A stretch of DNA of 64,000 nt, taken from assembly GCA_013265495.1 (NCBI GenBank), contig MU058337.1, forward strand, positions 6,616,716 to 6,680,715, given 5' to 3'. Both the position numbers and the translations under genes were made by a program. This document shows, piece by piece, positions 48,041-62,414 of the stretch. Below the pieces are notes generated by a model that was not told the DNA's origin, ran no database searches, and saw only the letters and a program-made list of their open reading frames with translations. This DNA comes from Vicugna vicugna. Taxonomy: Eukaryota. Each line of letters opens with the position of its first letter. Position 1 is the stretch's first letter.

Positions 48041-49019
48041 GTGCAGGAAGCAAGAGCGGGTCAAGGGTGGGAAGGCAGTAAGGCACAGAAGGGCATCCGA
48101 GAGTGAAGTCAGACACGTGGGAGGTGGGTGGAGGGACAGGGATGTCCTAGACGGTGGTGAAGAATGAAGGGAGACAGCAGCCTGGAAGCTGCAGGAAAAG
48201 GATGGACAACAACAGGTCACCACGGGGAAGGTGGCACCTAGGCAGCTGTAAGGAACTGGAAAAAGAGGTGAAGGAGGCCAGGACAAACCAGAGGGGTCTC
48301 CCAGCTCCACTACCGTAGGTGCCTGTCCGGAGGTCGCACCACCTGTACAGACCTCAGTTTCCATTAAAGGACTGGACAGAGGATCACAAGGCTCCTTCCA
48401 GCCAGACAAGGCTCTCTCATTTAGGAGCGCATCTTGACCAGAAAACAAATGAAGTTGGGGTGGTGAATCCTTTTCAATGTCGGCCTCACACTGCGATTCC
48501 TACGGTGGGGCCTTTGCCTCATCCTCTCCCCATCCGCTAGGAGAGAAGCAGTGAAAAGAATCAACTGAGGATTTTGCCTCTGGTTTGGTTTTGCTTTGCT
48601 GGGTGCTGTCTGGAGGGGAGAAGGAATGTGGGAGATGGTGTGTCTGTGGATACAGTGACTTGTCCCTGTGACCTTGTGCACTAGAAGCACAGAGGGTGGG
48701 TTTAGATTTGCCTCAGATGATAAATAAATCCTTAATCTCGGGCCATCCTGTCTGGGACCCGCCAGTGAACGCAGTCGAGGATGTCCTCAGTATTGTCAAC
48801 AGTCCTTACAACTCGAGATGGGAGCCTGTGCTTGGGACCAGCTGGACCCCCAGAAAGTCACCTCCACCCCCATGCTGAGCAACTGATGGCCCTAACAAGA
48901 CTCAGGACAGGGCCTCGCAGGGCCAGTCCTACTTACAGGAACAAAAGGGCTTCTCTCACTTCAAAAAAAACACCCAAATCTTCCGAAGAAAGATGAACAG
49001 TCTGGCAATTTTTTGTTTT

Positions 49020-50240
49020 GTACAGCCTAGAACAAAGTTTTATTGAGGTAAGTCTAATAAAAAATACCAAAAGGTAAAATAAAACACATTAAAAACTTTT
49101 TTGTAAGTATCACGCGTGTCTAAATTTGCATCAGATTGAAACACTTCTGCTTGCTTTGCAGAACACAATAGTTGCACAGTTTCCTTAAATCTTAATAGTC
49201 ACCTGCTTTAGATCTTTTCAGGTTTGTCCACTCCAACCTCCACCTCCTCTCCCTGATGGGGTCCTCTGCAGTCGACGCTGCCCCACGCTGCCATCCCGAT
49301 AACGCCCGGGGCCAGGGGGAATCTGCTTGCGGAGGGGCTGGCCCTGCAGCTGGGGCGGGCAAGGTGTTTACCCTTCTGTTCTCCCCTCTGCGTAGGCCCC
49401 GTACTCCTCCTGGAAGCCCACTCTTCTCTTTGCTTTCTCTTTGTCCCAGTTTTACTTACAGCCTGAATGGCTAACTGGATATTCTAAACACAATTAACTC
49501 CAGTTAAGTTTCAGAGTATTCCAGAACCTCGAATCGGTATCCAATTATGATGACTTTTCAATGGAAGCGTGGAGTAGCTGGGGAAAAGCCCTTGGACTGG
49601 AAGGGGCTGGAACAAGTAGAGGAGGATTTAGTTCCCTGTTTCTCCCTCATCACCCGGGCCTGGCCAACACTGTGTGCAGCAGATATGAACTGCTCACCCC
49701 TAGGAAGTGGGGACCCTGAATAGCCACTGGGGTTTGAAAGCAAATTCGAGAAAAAAAAAAAAAGCAATGAAAAAAAGTCCATCAGGAAGAAAATTTGACA
49801 GGTCCTTTCTGAATAACATTCCCCTTTCCCCTTTCTGACACTTATGATCAGATATAATGTAGGAAGATGCATTATGGTAAAAGGAATATTACAATAGCAG
49901 TAGTTTCCCATCTGGAGTGCTATTCAACTGCCTGCAGAAATCTGCACTTTAATGCATTTTAAACACATTAGGAACAAAGTGATGATTCTCCAAACCAAGG
50001 AAAATACCCCATAAAAAAATACAGATAGAAAATACATGCTACTTTAATGGCAAACTTATTTTTTGATACTTAATGGTAATGATCTTGGAATTAAGGGAGA
50101 GCAGCGGGGAGTACCCTTTGCCCAAGAGGACAGCGAGAACAGTGCGCCAGAGTGCTGGGTCCTTGGGCTGATCCGGGAGCAGGGACAGCGCCCCCTGTGG
50201 TCAGCAGCTTGACCAGTCCCTGTGCTGTCCGCTGGGACCG
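49020..50240 (-). other. UBAC2: UBAC2 3' UTR (approximate end)
   Basis: Repeat-poor sequence after the stop codon, ending near a minus-strand AATAAA. Confidence 0.7.
49039..49044 (-). terminator. Polyadenylation signal AATAAA of UBAC2
   Basis: TTTATT on the + strand, with a GU/U-rich stretch further downstream on the minus strand (about 48963-48977). Confidence 0.65.
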
Positions 50241-50348
50241 TCAGTGCTGCAGCAGGAAGTTGGTGGCCACGTTAAGGTCATTATTTGAAGCTCTCAGGGC
50301 TTCCAAAGCGTCACCTCTGGAAAACCCCATCTCCATGAGCCGGGCAAC
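50241..50348 (-). CDS. UBAC2: UBAC2 last coding exon (UBA domain, stop codon)
   Basis: Translates VARLMEMGFSRGDALEALRASNNDLNVATNFLLQH* with the UBA MGF motif; acceptor ttctgttttcag; in frame with the exon at 62292-62414 across an intron of about 11.9 kb. Confidence 0.96.
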   Translation of the reverse strand, partial: VARLMEMGFSRGDALEALRASNNDLNVATNFLLQH

Positions 50349-52519
50349 CTGAAAACAGAAACAAGACCAGAAGCCTCATAAAGCTGACGACACTGCCACT
50401 GATCCCTTAGCCCCAAGATGCTGGTCATGTAAGTTTTGTAGGATAGGTTAAATAAAAAAGAGTTAAACAAATTTTCATTTCCATGTGAAATCTGATGTTT
50501 ATAAAATTACAACAAGCACAACATTTTAAGGTGATTATATACAGCCAACAGATGTGCATTTTCTCACTGAATCCTCGTTTTAGAGATGAAGAAGTGGGTT
50601 GCCGAGGGGCGGTGACCTGCCTGCCCCCAGAGGAGAGGGCAGATGGGCTCCCGGGACGCCGCCTGCGAAGCAGGTCTGCAGAAGCAGCCCTGCGCTCCCC
50701 CGCCTTACCACACTGCTCCAGAGTCAAACGTGATCGCCGCAGCACACCTTGCCAAAGCCGCCTTTCCCTACGCGCGCACACACACATGAACAACTGCTCG
50801 ACTGAGGGTCCACTCCTGATGCCGGCCGACTCTGCCCGTGAACACGACTTTGAGGGCCTGGGGCCGCACAGGCAGAGCGCGGCGGGTGCCCGTCCCTCTC
50901 CCGCGTTTCACGGCGCGTCAGCCCCGGTGCGCAGAGGCGGCGAAGCCGGGGCAGAACCGCGCGGAGGAGAGCTGAAGCCACCGAGCACAGAACAACGAGG
51001 CCTGCATTTTTTCTGACCACAAATCCCGAAGCTGTCAATATAGAGGTTTCCTGTACTTTTATTATACAGGCGGTCTCCAGGGTCGAAATAGGCAGTGTCA
51101 CTATTATTTTAGTTTATTTGTAAATATTTCGCACTTAAAAATGTATTATAAAAATATTTACGACCTTGGACTAGCTACAGGCTTTTTTTTTTTTTTTACT
51201 TATATTGAAATATGCCACATTTGCAACAACATATAGTGGAAAGTGTTACTATTACAGACGTTGACATTTTCAACAAGGTGTGAGTTAACACGGACTGGGG
51301 ACTTAGTCACTAATTCTAATCTTCCTCCGCGTGGGCCACCAAGGGCCGTGGCTACGGGTGGGAAGAGCCCTGCTTCCCACCCTCCCACCCCGGGCAGGAG
51401 GCACAGAGCCAAGCCGGGGAGCGTGCAGGGGCGAGGGAGACCCCAGACTCCTCGACGCCCAGGAAGCCTTAGGGAGGGGCTAACCTGGTTGAGAAGGGAT
51501 TCAAAACCTGGGGTTCTGGTCAGTGTTTTTCAAACTGAGGCTGAGATCCCTCATCTGTGGGTCATGAATAGTTAATGGGTTAAGACCAGGATTTACAAAA
51601 AGCACGCACTGAGGGTCTTCCCTGCACAGAACCTCATTCTGCTTCTCCACGTGCACGCACACCCCCTGCACATGTGTGTAGGGGCTGCGCTCAGACATCG
51701 GGGCTGGCTGGCTGCTTCCTAAGGGCGGCCTGGGGGAGGTGGTTTCCAGCTGGACTCCCGGCGCTGGTGGATGGCGTGGACAGAAGGGCAGGGATCTTTG
51801 CTCTCATCTCCTGCTCAAAGAAAGAACAACCTTTGCCAGAAAAGCACGAACACTCTTCACTCATCAGCCAAGATGGAAAGCTCTTCTGCAAGTGAACACA
51901 ATCTGCGTCTCAACTGGTTGCCACCCGTGGGAACTCAAAAGCCCTAATTTGCCTTTTGAAGCTACAGGAAACAGCCCTGCTCGATTTCTGCATGAGGCCC
52001 TGTGCGCATCCTCCTCCCCTCAGCCGGCACCCCAGCTCCTGGTCCGTCCCAGGCCAAGTGGCTCAGCATCTCCCTCCCTCACTGCTGGTGTGTCCTCCAC
52101 TAGGAGACTCTTTCCTTTGCCCTCGGCCTGGTTAACTTGTCTTCATCTATGGGATCTGGGGCACGTGGCTCTTTCCCATGTCTCCCAGATGAGGAGGAAC
52201 CCAGAGTAGAAGTCGCGTGGCCCCACTGACCTCTGTCCTGGGCTCCTCGTGGCCGTGCCTTTTATCTGCATGTATGGGCGTGGCTGCGTCTCCCTATCAC
52301 ACGTAAGCCTTCTGAGAAGGAGGGCCTCGGCTGCCTCTGTTCATCCCTGTGGTTCAGAATCCAGCACTTTCCAGCCAGCCCCTCCCCTTCCAACGCACAC
52401 CTATTTGTGTGGTTGCAGAATATGGTCCCACTGGCATGGTCTTCCCGGGGCAAAGGGCAGCTGGCCTGTGCTGTCCTGTGACCCCAGCCCTCGTCACAGC
52501 GGAGGAGTGCTTTAGCTGG

Positions 52520-53600
52520 GGGCCTGCATGCAGCTACATGGGTGTACACATGCCCTGATTGTGTGGCCACATCATCTTGGGGTGGCGAGTTGGGCTGGGC
52601 CTGCTCTAAACCCTGCGTGAAATGTGCCAGGGCCTGACCTCCAAGCAGGCTTAATCCTGGTTCTGGGCTGTGCACATCTCTGTCAAACTTCTCTGATCAC
52701 TTTCTAGCCAACCCAAACTATTTTCAGTTATAATTCTCTTATCTACTGTGTCAGTCAGCTCCCTCAAACTTGCATCGTCCCTACATCTGATTAGCAGATT
52801 TGCTAACCTCTACAGCGTCACTCAAGTTAAAATGTCAAGCAGACAAGATCACAGCCAGGGCCCGGGACTTACTCGAGACCTCCCATTTCTATCTGAGTGG
52901 CTCATCAACAGTTTTTTAGAATTTTAACCAGTTTCAAACTTACTTCATATTCTTATTATCCATGGCGCATGTCACCATCACCTCTGGAGGTGATGAGAAG
53001 GGCACATGTCTTGGTGGCATCCTGTGTCAACCGGAGCAGTTTGGTGCCTTCAGACCACAAGGCTCTTCACATCTCACGAGTCATCTGTCTGATAATCTGT
53101 TTCAGGCTTCTGCCAGACGTGAAACATCACTTCTGCCATTCAATTCTCAGAATCCACACTTTTCCCTTTCTTTGGGGCACATCACACTGAGTGTCACTCA
53201 GGGAGAGGGGCTACAGGACTCGTGTTGGACGTGAGTCAACAGGGAGAAACCACCTCGTGGATCCAGGTGCACCTGCCAGGTTACTTCTCCTCCTGGGCTG
53301 AAGTAACGTTTTATGATGTTTGTTTCAATTACTTCTGGTTAAGGACTGGGATCTTCAGTGGGGCGAGTGTGACCCAGGGAGGAGGTGGGAAGCTTTCCTT
53401 GACTGTCACTCATGGACACGACATCATGGCCCAAGACTTGGCCATCCTCAAGTACACTGAACAGTGTGGCAGATACTGCGCTTGCTGTCACGTCTGTCAC
53501 TTCCAGTACTTTCAGCATGGTTAAGAACTGGCTGCTTCTCTGCACCCAGCCAGCAGGAACAACTAGGCTTGTTCAGCAAATCACGATTTATAACCTGGAG
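52520..53600 (-). mobile_element. CR1/L3 LINE remnant in the UBAC2 last intron
   Basis: CATCTGATTAGCA...AAAATGTCAAGCAGACAAGA...GAGACCTCCC resembles the antisense CR1 RT region. Confidence 0.5.
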
Positions 53601-56600
53601 ATGATGACGCATTAGCCTTGCCCTGCCCGGTGATACTACCCGGTTGGGCTGCCAGCCCACAGCTTCCACCTGTACTCAAGTTTCTCTCCACCAACTGAAT
53701 CTGGAATCCAGAAGATGCTGGGATGGGCTACTGCACCGGGGCCAGGGTGGGAAAAGCGCCTGGGGTCCAGGATGGTCAGGCCGCATCCCAGTTGTGTAAG
53801 TGATGTCCCAGGTGAGGAGAGACACGGTCCTGGCATGCGAGGCTTCCTCCCGAGTTCATTCGTCTTCAGACACAAACAACCACACGTGCTGTCACCGGTT
53901 CTGACGACTGACCAAGCTGGGTTTTTCACAGGTTTTTGCTGAAAAGAGTGTTTGCGGTTACATACGTGCATCATGCCTTTAGTGAGAGCTGGCTTTGGAG
54001 CTTCTGGTGTTTCTTCGGGGGGAGAAGACAGGTGGGATGAGAGAATTTTCACTGCCAGTACTGTGACCAGTGAGAGAGCTCACGAAGTAGAAATAGTATC
54101 AATCACAAGAAGAAAGGGTATCTGTAAGTCTCCCTCAACGTCCAAAACTATAAACATCCACAGAAAAATGAAATTGCCTGCCTAGGCATGGGTGTGAGGA
54201 AAATGATCAGAAAACCCGAGGACGCAGAGAGAGAGCGGTCCTGACGGTGCTTTCCAGCTCCCCGGGTCCCTCGGTGGCCGGTGCCCTTGGGGCCCGCAGC
54301 CAGGCGGGGTGGCCGTGCCTCCCAGTGCTGCCGCTCTTCGGGGGGCTCAGCAGTCGTGTCCAGGATGGCAAGAACCGCGGCAGGACCAGCAGTACAGTCA
54401 GCAGATGGCTTCAGCCCTCGTGGAGGACACTGCAAATCACGGGCTCAGGCCTTAATGTTAATCAGCGCCCGACCTGCACAACCTCGTGCGTTTCCTAACC
54501 ATCTGCGAAGGCTCATTTTCACAGGAGGCATGACTCCTGAGCTCAGAGGCATCAAGAGAAAACAGGCCCATGCAGCCCTGTGGGTGGGTGGTCGGGGAAG
54601 CAGAAACCGAGAGGATTCTAGAGGTTCACGATTCCTTAGAATAAAACAGGAGAGGCTGGCAGCTATTTTAGGTCTGACCCAAGTGCAAAAAAATCACCCC
54701 AGCTGCAGCTGCTGGGAGGTGGGGACCCTGCCAGGTGGCAGAGGGAGCTCCAAGATGTCACTGTGTGAGCCCCGGTCGGGACTGAAGCCTCCGGCTCTCA
54801 GCTTTCTCACAGTTCTGAGGCTAAGAGAGACGTGTGTGAAAGGCCTGGAACAGTGACTGGCACGTATCAGGTGCTCAGTAAGCGTCACCTCTTAGGATAA
54901 TTTTTGTCTCACTTAAAAGTGATCGGTCAGGTGTGTGAGGACTCCTCTGAATCTCTCCAGCCTCGGATCAGAGCATCCTACATGACAAAACTGCCCTTGG
55001 GTTTTGTTTTTGGCACTCATTTTAACTGCTTCCACTTCGCTAGTTTTATATCCTTTGTTGGTTAAAGAACTGACGTGTCTTTTACTACGATCAAACGTAG
55101 GGGGCCACGGTGAGCGCGGAGTGGCTGGAAGGAGGTCCCGGAGCAGAAGAGCCACCTCCTCACCCCCCCAGGACCTGGGTCACTGGTCCAGGGAGAGGCC
55201 TGTGCTCCCCAGATGACGGGGATGCACCCCGGCTGCACACCTAAGCACACCCACACCTCCCGCGGTGGCTGAATACAGTCATGCTGAAGAACAAAGCAAG
55301 CAACTTTTGCTGCTTACTTCTAGGCTTAAATCATGTAAAGAAGAATTGCCCTGAAAAAAACTAAGGTGGTGAGCCCGAATGAAGCCAGACAGGAAAAAGC
55401 AGAGTCAAGATCACCTCGGTCAGTGCTGGACTCGTCTGCAGCCGTCTGGAAAACGTACAAAATGTCCCACAGGAATTTTCTAAAAAGCATCTCCTTCAAC
55501 GTTACTTCTCTGTTTCAGAGCCCAGTAAGTACTTTCCTCCTTCTGCCTCTGCATCACAGGAAAGTTTCTGTCTAAAAATTCTTACCACAAAACATCAGAA
55601 TAGAGTTCACCAGAGTTCATCTTGGTTTCTGGTCTAAACACCTAAGTGATCCTTTTGTCTAACTTCTTTTAGAAACTAGGTGCAGCTGGTCAATATCCAA
55701 GGAGGGTGTTACACTCTTCCCGTCTCCCCATCGCTTATTCATACGAGCTCGAGCTACTCAAAGGTAATATCTCCAATGCCTGTTTCGCGTGGTTGAAAAC
55801 TCGACTTCCTAGAGGCCAGATCAGACGACAGCAAGGAGGGGCTGGCACTGACGCTGCCGCTCAGCCTCGTCCCTGAGATGGAAACACATTTATGAAAGAT
55901 CCCCAACCTGACCTCTGACTCTGTCAGCTGCTCCCCGGGGGGCTGGCCCGAGGTATGGGACTTTGGACAGGAGAACCCTGTCACTGTCACCCGACACTGC
56001 TCCAAAGGAGGACAAGGTGGAGTATGTTTTTCCTAAAATATGCTGCCCAGAGAAAGAGCACACTGAACGAGAAAAGTATAGAGACAGGAGATGAATTGGT
56101 ACCAGTTTTCCTTTCCTTTCCTTTTCTTTTTTAAAATCCTCTGTGGTTGGGACATGTGTCCCTACTATCTCAAGATAATTCTTACTCAAGAAAATGAGTA
56201 AAATCCCACTTTAACATTCTACTTGCAATTCAACTACTGACATGAGTGAAACAGGACACTCATTCCAATGAGATGTACAGCAATTCCCCCAGTGAAGCAT
56301 GCCTCTGCTTGTTTTGTTCAAATAAGAATGTGGTTTTCTTTAACTTCCCTTTAGTTAAGAGTGTCAAAAACAAATGGTTTTTTTGGGTTCTTACTTCCCA
56401 AATTCTGACGCTTGCACAAAGTGATGCCCACCTGAAAGGCGGCCCCAACCAACCCCCGGCCAGGCTGCCCACTGGTGGCAGGCCACTTCCCAGGCCACAT
56501 GTGCACTCTCCTGGGAGGGGCAGCCCCAGGGAAGTCCTAGATGTGGCTTGCCCATCCCTGCTCTTGTTATAACTGTCGTTTGTCCCCTATCAGGGCAGCC

Positions 56601-59600
56601 TCACGGTCAGACCCCTGTGGGTCAGCACGGCTCCCTTTCCTTCCCACTCAACCCCTCTGCTCCTTGGAATTGCTGAACCCTTTGGCCGCCCCTGTTGGCT
56701 GAGTGGACTGTGTCTGGTTATTTTACATTCCTGCCCGGCTGCTGACAGCCCCTTGTCTTTGCACCCTCCTGCTTGCTTCGGGGTTTGGTCCTGAGAAGGC
56801 CCTTGCTACAGGCTGGGAGAGCTTCCTTGTTTAAATCTTTTAGTACCCGGCAGAATTAGGCACCCCTGAAAGCTGGTTAATTATTTGTCACTCAGTATTT
56901 ACCCTAACAAATAACACATTCTAACACTAGCATTAGGGATTAGAAATGGAAACATCTCTAGCACATTTTTAAGCGAAAACAAATGTTCTTTTGAAAGAGA
57001 AGCCCATGGACCATACCTTCACGTTCATCTCTTTAACTGCCACTGGGGCAGCTGCTGTGTGTCGGGCTCTGTGCTGGGAGGGAAACAGGGACGAGGCGGG
57101 ACCAGGCCGCGTGGGGCTCACCAACTGCCAGACTACGTGGGTGTCTCCAGACCAACACCCAGCTCACTGCAGTTCCAGATGCTCAGAGCCACAGCACTGA
57201 GTGTATCTCGGATCAGATACCTACTAGTGAGGGGACTGTTTTCATAAGGTGTGAATTTTGGAATTTAGGTGGGTTTTTTGGAGGCAGTGGTGAGGATTCC
57301 GGAGATGACGAGAGACTCACTGAGATTTAGATTCTCTCATATTGACTACATGTTGTTGGTTATCATAAGCCTGAGAGGGTCTTGTGTGCTATTCTCGCTC
57401 TACCTGGGCCAATGGGTATTTCAGAGAACGTGGGTGGAATCCACACGACACGTCTCATGTATTATAGATGTACTAAGCAGCACCATATCTTGTCTGGGCA
57501 AGAGTCTCATAAGCACCTGAACCGGAACATGTTTCCTGGGCAAGGATGGAAGAAATCACACACGTGTTTGTGATCTCATAATACGCCCCTTCCTCTGCAT
57601 CTGGTCCATCCTCCAGGGAAACCCAATGATTTGACTCCCTGTTCCTTAATGCCTACAACATAGAAGGGAAAGTCCATGCAAAGCTGAGGGCCTCTGCTCC
57701 CCAAGTGGTGCCCTTCCCTACCAGTCACCCTCCACCCCAGCCTCCTCCACCTCTGCTTCCCCAAATCTGATGCGCTTTTCACCAGGCCACGTCTTAACAA
57801 ATGCCACTGCCCCCACCCTCCCCGTGCCAGCAACCCTTCAACAGCACTGGAGGCTGTGTTCAGAGCTGACCAGAGCCATCCCCGAGCCCGGCTCCCCGCG
57901 CTGGATCTGCAGCACGAGGGCAGGAAGCGCTGCCCGCTTATCTCCGTGTTACAGGAACCTAGCCCAGTGGTTAGACCAGGCGGAGCAGACAGCTGATAAC
58001 CGCTGGTTGACTACAAGGAAGGAAAGACACCAATGAAGAGACGACATTTGTAACATCCATATTTATCTTCCTTTCCTTAAGTGCCAGCATTGGTTTAGTT
58101 AGACCTGTTTAATGTCCTCGTCCGATTCCACCTGTGCGTCCCATTAAGTCTAAACCACAGGGTCACTTTCTAAGCTTGGGAGAGCTCAAGAGGGACAAAC
58201 TTGGAAAGCTTTTTTCCCCTTTGATTAAAAAAAAATTATGTGACAAAATTTCATTATTTGTTAATCTTGACTATGGATGTAATATAAAAATCCTTGGTTA
58301 AAAAGAAAAAAACAGAAATGGAATAATGCATACACTTATTTTTAAGACAGACATCTGAGCACATGTAGTTATAGAGTTTACTGGGCGGCACTTGGTTTGG
58401 GCATTTCTCAAGGGGAGCTGGGGTGATGAACCGGTAAAGGTGTTCACTGAAACCGGTAGGAGTGGCTTGGGAAGAAGTAAGAATCCCAAAACTTAATAGC
58501 AAATGTAGAAAAGGGGGCAAACATTTCTATGGCTGGATGTTAGACTATTACTAGACTTAATGAGAGAGGCACATTCTTCCTTAGAATACTCTTTGTTTGC
58601 AAAATAAAAGAACTGCGTTTCCTATCTTAAAGAACTCTCAGGAACATCCCTAAAGTATTTGTTCACATCAGGAAAACACTCAAATAATCATTTCTATTTT
58701 TCTTGGTTTAGAAAATTACTAAGTCTCTTAATGCACTAAAATCACAACTGAGATTTAAATAAAATACAGCACATTTAATTGAAAAATTAAGCATAAAAAA
58801 GCTTTGTTAATTCAAACTATCTTAATGTTACCAACAAATATTTTAGTGTCTAGCCTGAAATTAACCAAGAGACTACACATAACTATAAACTGGTAAATGT
58901 TATTGTAAATGTCTTGAGGGCAAGAACAACATCTTTATTCTCTTACTGTCTCTCTAGCATCTACCACAAAAACTACTGAGTGTCTACATAAATACTGCCA
59001 GGGGCACTCTGTGTCTTAATGTACCACAGCCTATAAGGCCATTTCAGGTTGATCAAGAAACAAAAGATTTAGAAAATCAACGAATAAGGAAGCATACGTT
59101 AAAAATGACCTCTCCTGTATTTACATCTTTTCAAAACAGAGCCAAGAAGAAGAAGTACATGATATTTTAAACTGATACTGACAACATGTTAACCTCACTC
59201 TTGTTATTCTGGGAGGATCAAGGAAAATGATTCATTTAAAAAAGACCCTAAAGACTTCAATTACACACATTCACTTTGTTACCACTTTTTGACACTTCTT
59301 CCCCCCCAAGTGTCAAAACAAAGAACTACTTCACCTTTAAATTCTTCCTATCCTTAACGGCTGCTCTGGGAAGAATGTGACTTGGGTTCTACCAGGTAAA
59401 CAGTAATATAACAGAACTTTCTTTCTTTTCACTTCAATTTGAAGGTATTAGTTTATTTTTTAATCTGTTACCATAAATATCTTACAAATACTGAGTTACT
59501 TGGCTTTATTTTCTTCTCATGGGGCTAACATTTTTTGGGAAGTCTGCTAGTGGAAGTGGAAGAGGACTGTGGCTCTTTAATAATCCATCTCTTAATCCGA

Positions 59601-59979
59601 ACCAGTTACTGAAAGGATCTGAGAAGCTGCAAGGTGAGGGGCTAGGTCAACTCAGGCACATTCAATCGGTTTCTTTCAAAAGCACTTGCTGTGACCTAAC
59701 CAAGAGGTGCCAGTGGGAGCCCTGCCCAGAAGCCCCTCTTGAGTTCCAGAGAAGTCAGGATACATACAGCCCTGCCACAGAGATGAGTGTCTTGGGTCCG
59801 ACTGGGGTGTGTTTGCTCTGGGGACAGGGGATGGGGAGGTGATGGCCTGCATTGTGTGATCAGCTGTGAAACGCTGACCATGATCTGCTTTCATGAGAAG
59901 AAAGCAATGTTTGCAGAACGAAATTTAAAAGGGCTGTTATTGGAATGCTCTCAACTTACTTTTACAGATTTTTGGAAAC

Positions 59980-60094
59980 TTTCTAGTGTGAAATAATTAC
60001 AAACTTACGGGAAAATTTCAAGAAGAGCACCAGGAACCCAACTACTCTTCATCCAGATTCACCAGTTACTGTTTTGCCACACTGCGTTCTCTCT

Positions 60095-60133
<39 letters not shown>

Positions 60134-61900
60134 CGCGCACACACACTCTCGGACTTACTTTTCCGGAGCCGCCTGAGATTAAGCTCGTACATCCTGCCCC
60201 TTGACCCCTTAGTACTCCAGTGTGAATTTGCTGAGAACAAGGATATTCTCTTTCCTAACCACAGTCAGTATAGATACCAAATCCTAGAAACTTAACATAA
60301 ATATGAAACTACTACTAACCTACAGTCCAATGTCATCGACTGACTAATATGTTCTTTCACCAAAACCTTCTTCTAGTACAGAATCCAGTCCAGGACCATG
60401 TGGGACATTTAGTCAGCATGCTTCCCAATGTCCTATAGTCTGGAACCTCTTGTGGCATCAGTATAGCTGGAGAGTACAGGTCAGGTATCTTACTGAATGT
60501 CCCTCAAGTTGGGTTTGCCTGCTTTTCCTTTATGATCAAAGTTTTGCCTTCCCCCCCCCCTTTTTTTTTTCCGGGGGTGGGGGAATTAGGCTTACTTATT
60601 TATTTATTTTTAGAGTACGTACTGGGGATCAAACCCAGGACCTTGCGTAAGTTAAGCATGCGCTTTACCACTTGAGCTATATCCTCCCCCACAAAGTTAT
60701 TCCATTTTTATTGAAACTCATAACTGATGTGTCCTTTTCAGGGCATACCCACGATGCCTCTTTGTTCCATTATGGGTAATTCTGATCACTTGTGTTTAAG
60801 TGGGTGTCAAGTTCCTCTGTGTGTAGTTAACTACTTTTCTTTAATAATTAATAAGTAATTTGTGGGGAGATACTTTGAAATTATTTAAATAGCCTGTTCT
60901 TCCTATATGGATGATTTTTCCCTGAATTGATTTTTACTCCGATAGTTACAAAATTGTGATTTTCCAATACCATAATTTCTTCTATATTTGCTGCTTTACA
61001 ATCTACTGAAGGGAGGAGCATTTCCCTTTCCCTTGTGGATGGAAATATTTGTCTATTAATATAAGTATGAACTCATGGATTCTTTTTCTTCCTCAATGGA
61101 TTATATTATAATACTGTCCTTATTTATTTTGATGATCAAACCTGATGTCCCAGATCTGGCCAGCAGGACCCCCTCCAGCTGGCTGCAGTATCCCTGCAGC
61201 ATGCCCCACCCCCTCAGTTAAGGAGCACTTCCTTACTTCCTCAGATAAGGTGGTCCGAGGTCATCTTGTCCCTCCCCTACCCCAGCCTGGGACCCACCGC
61301 TTCTCTCAGGAGGCTGGCTCCTCTGAATGGGCACAGTGTGTAGAAATTAGGTCTGGGCACCAGGTGTGCTTAGTGCTACAGGGATGGCACTGCTTGTGAG
61401 TCCTTCCGGTTGACACAGCTAAGATACGTATACAGACACACACACTTCCCACAGCATGAGTTTACGCTCATCTCTCTAATTGCAACCCAGCCCCAAAGGG
61501 TTCTTCCCTGCCTTCCCCTGTTCTCTGCCTTTTCCTTCTTCCACAATAAGACCATCCTATTTCCTTGTTTGCTCAAATCTACAATCCACACAACATAATT
61601 TCAGAACTGCTGTACTCATATCGTTACGAAAAATACACCTATGAAGAGGCTGAGACTTTTTGCAGTTCTTTTTTCCTTTAGACTGAGGGCATAATATGTT
61701 CAAACGTTACTGAAATTAATTTTCCCACTTCCTTATGATTATATTATTCATTTAAAGTACAATTGGATAATTTATTTCAGTTTCTTTTTAGGTTTATCAT
61801 TGCCCCCATCATTGATTTGCTTTTTGAATATGTAAAACATTAACATGATTTCTAAAGTCAGGTATACTTTACATACAGTATAATGTAAAGATACTCAAGA
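59980..61900 (-). mobile_element. Old L1 (L1MC/MD-like) 3' region containing (CA)n at about 60096-60130 and a SINE
   Basis: CCAGATTCACCAGTTACTGTTTTGCCACA, GAACAAGGATATTCTCT, TAATAAGTAATTTGTGGGGAGATACTTTGA. Confidence 0.7.
60545..60690 (-). mobile_element. tRNA-derived SINE, camelid Vic-1-like
   Basis: GTACTGGGGATCAAACCCAGGACCTT...TACCACTTGAGCTATATCC; flanking CAAAGTT duplication. Confidence 0.75.
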
Positions 61901-62291
61901 GAAGCTGCCTCCTCTCCTAGCCCTTGTGGAGAACCAACTTCAGTAGTTCTGTACGTAAGAAGTGTCACAGATTTTAAAAAAAGCAGTCATGAAGCATTGT
62001 GTTGTATACCAGAAACTGACACATTGTAATGGACTATACTTGAGTTAAAAACAAAACAGTCACAATGCCTTGGGTTTTTGTTTTGTTTTTTCTTCAAATT
62101 ACGCCTTCCTCAAACTCACAAGACTCACAGTAGTCAATAAAGGTCCCAAGTGTCGACCACTGGTTTAGGCAGAAGTTACCTGCTATCAAAATCTTTGTGT
62201 TTATATGCTTCATTTCTTTCCAGTCTTGTTCACCTAAACTGCTTTAAGTTTGAAGCACGGGTTTAGGGCAAGACCGGGCGTTACTGATTAC

Positions 62292-62414
62292 CTGTTCCTC
62301 TGAAACCTCTAGAGGAGGGGATGCTGGTTGTTCAGACCGCCGACCATCCTGATAGTTTACGTTCCGTCGCTGGCGTAAAGGAGGGAAAAGACGGTTCCAG
62401 TTGATCATTCCTCC
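62292..62414 (-). CDS. UBAC2: UBAC2 penultimate coding exon
   Basis: 123 nt, phase 0/0, translates GGMINWNRLFPPLRQRRNVNYQDGRRSEQPASPPLEVSEEQ, which I recognise as UBAC2; acceptor tctctttttag and donor CAG/gtaatc on the minus strand. Confidence 0.95.

Noticed and set aside
55754..55874. Possible alternative UBAC2 terminal exon (acceptor tgtttccatctcag)
   Set aside because: In the UBAC2 frame it reads GRG-stop; nothing supports it beyond a common acceptor-like motif
62180..62233. Mini-exon-like segment with AG/GT borders near the UBAC2 exon
   Set aside because: The intron would be only about 58 nt, the pyrimidine tract is weak and there is an in-frame stop
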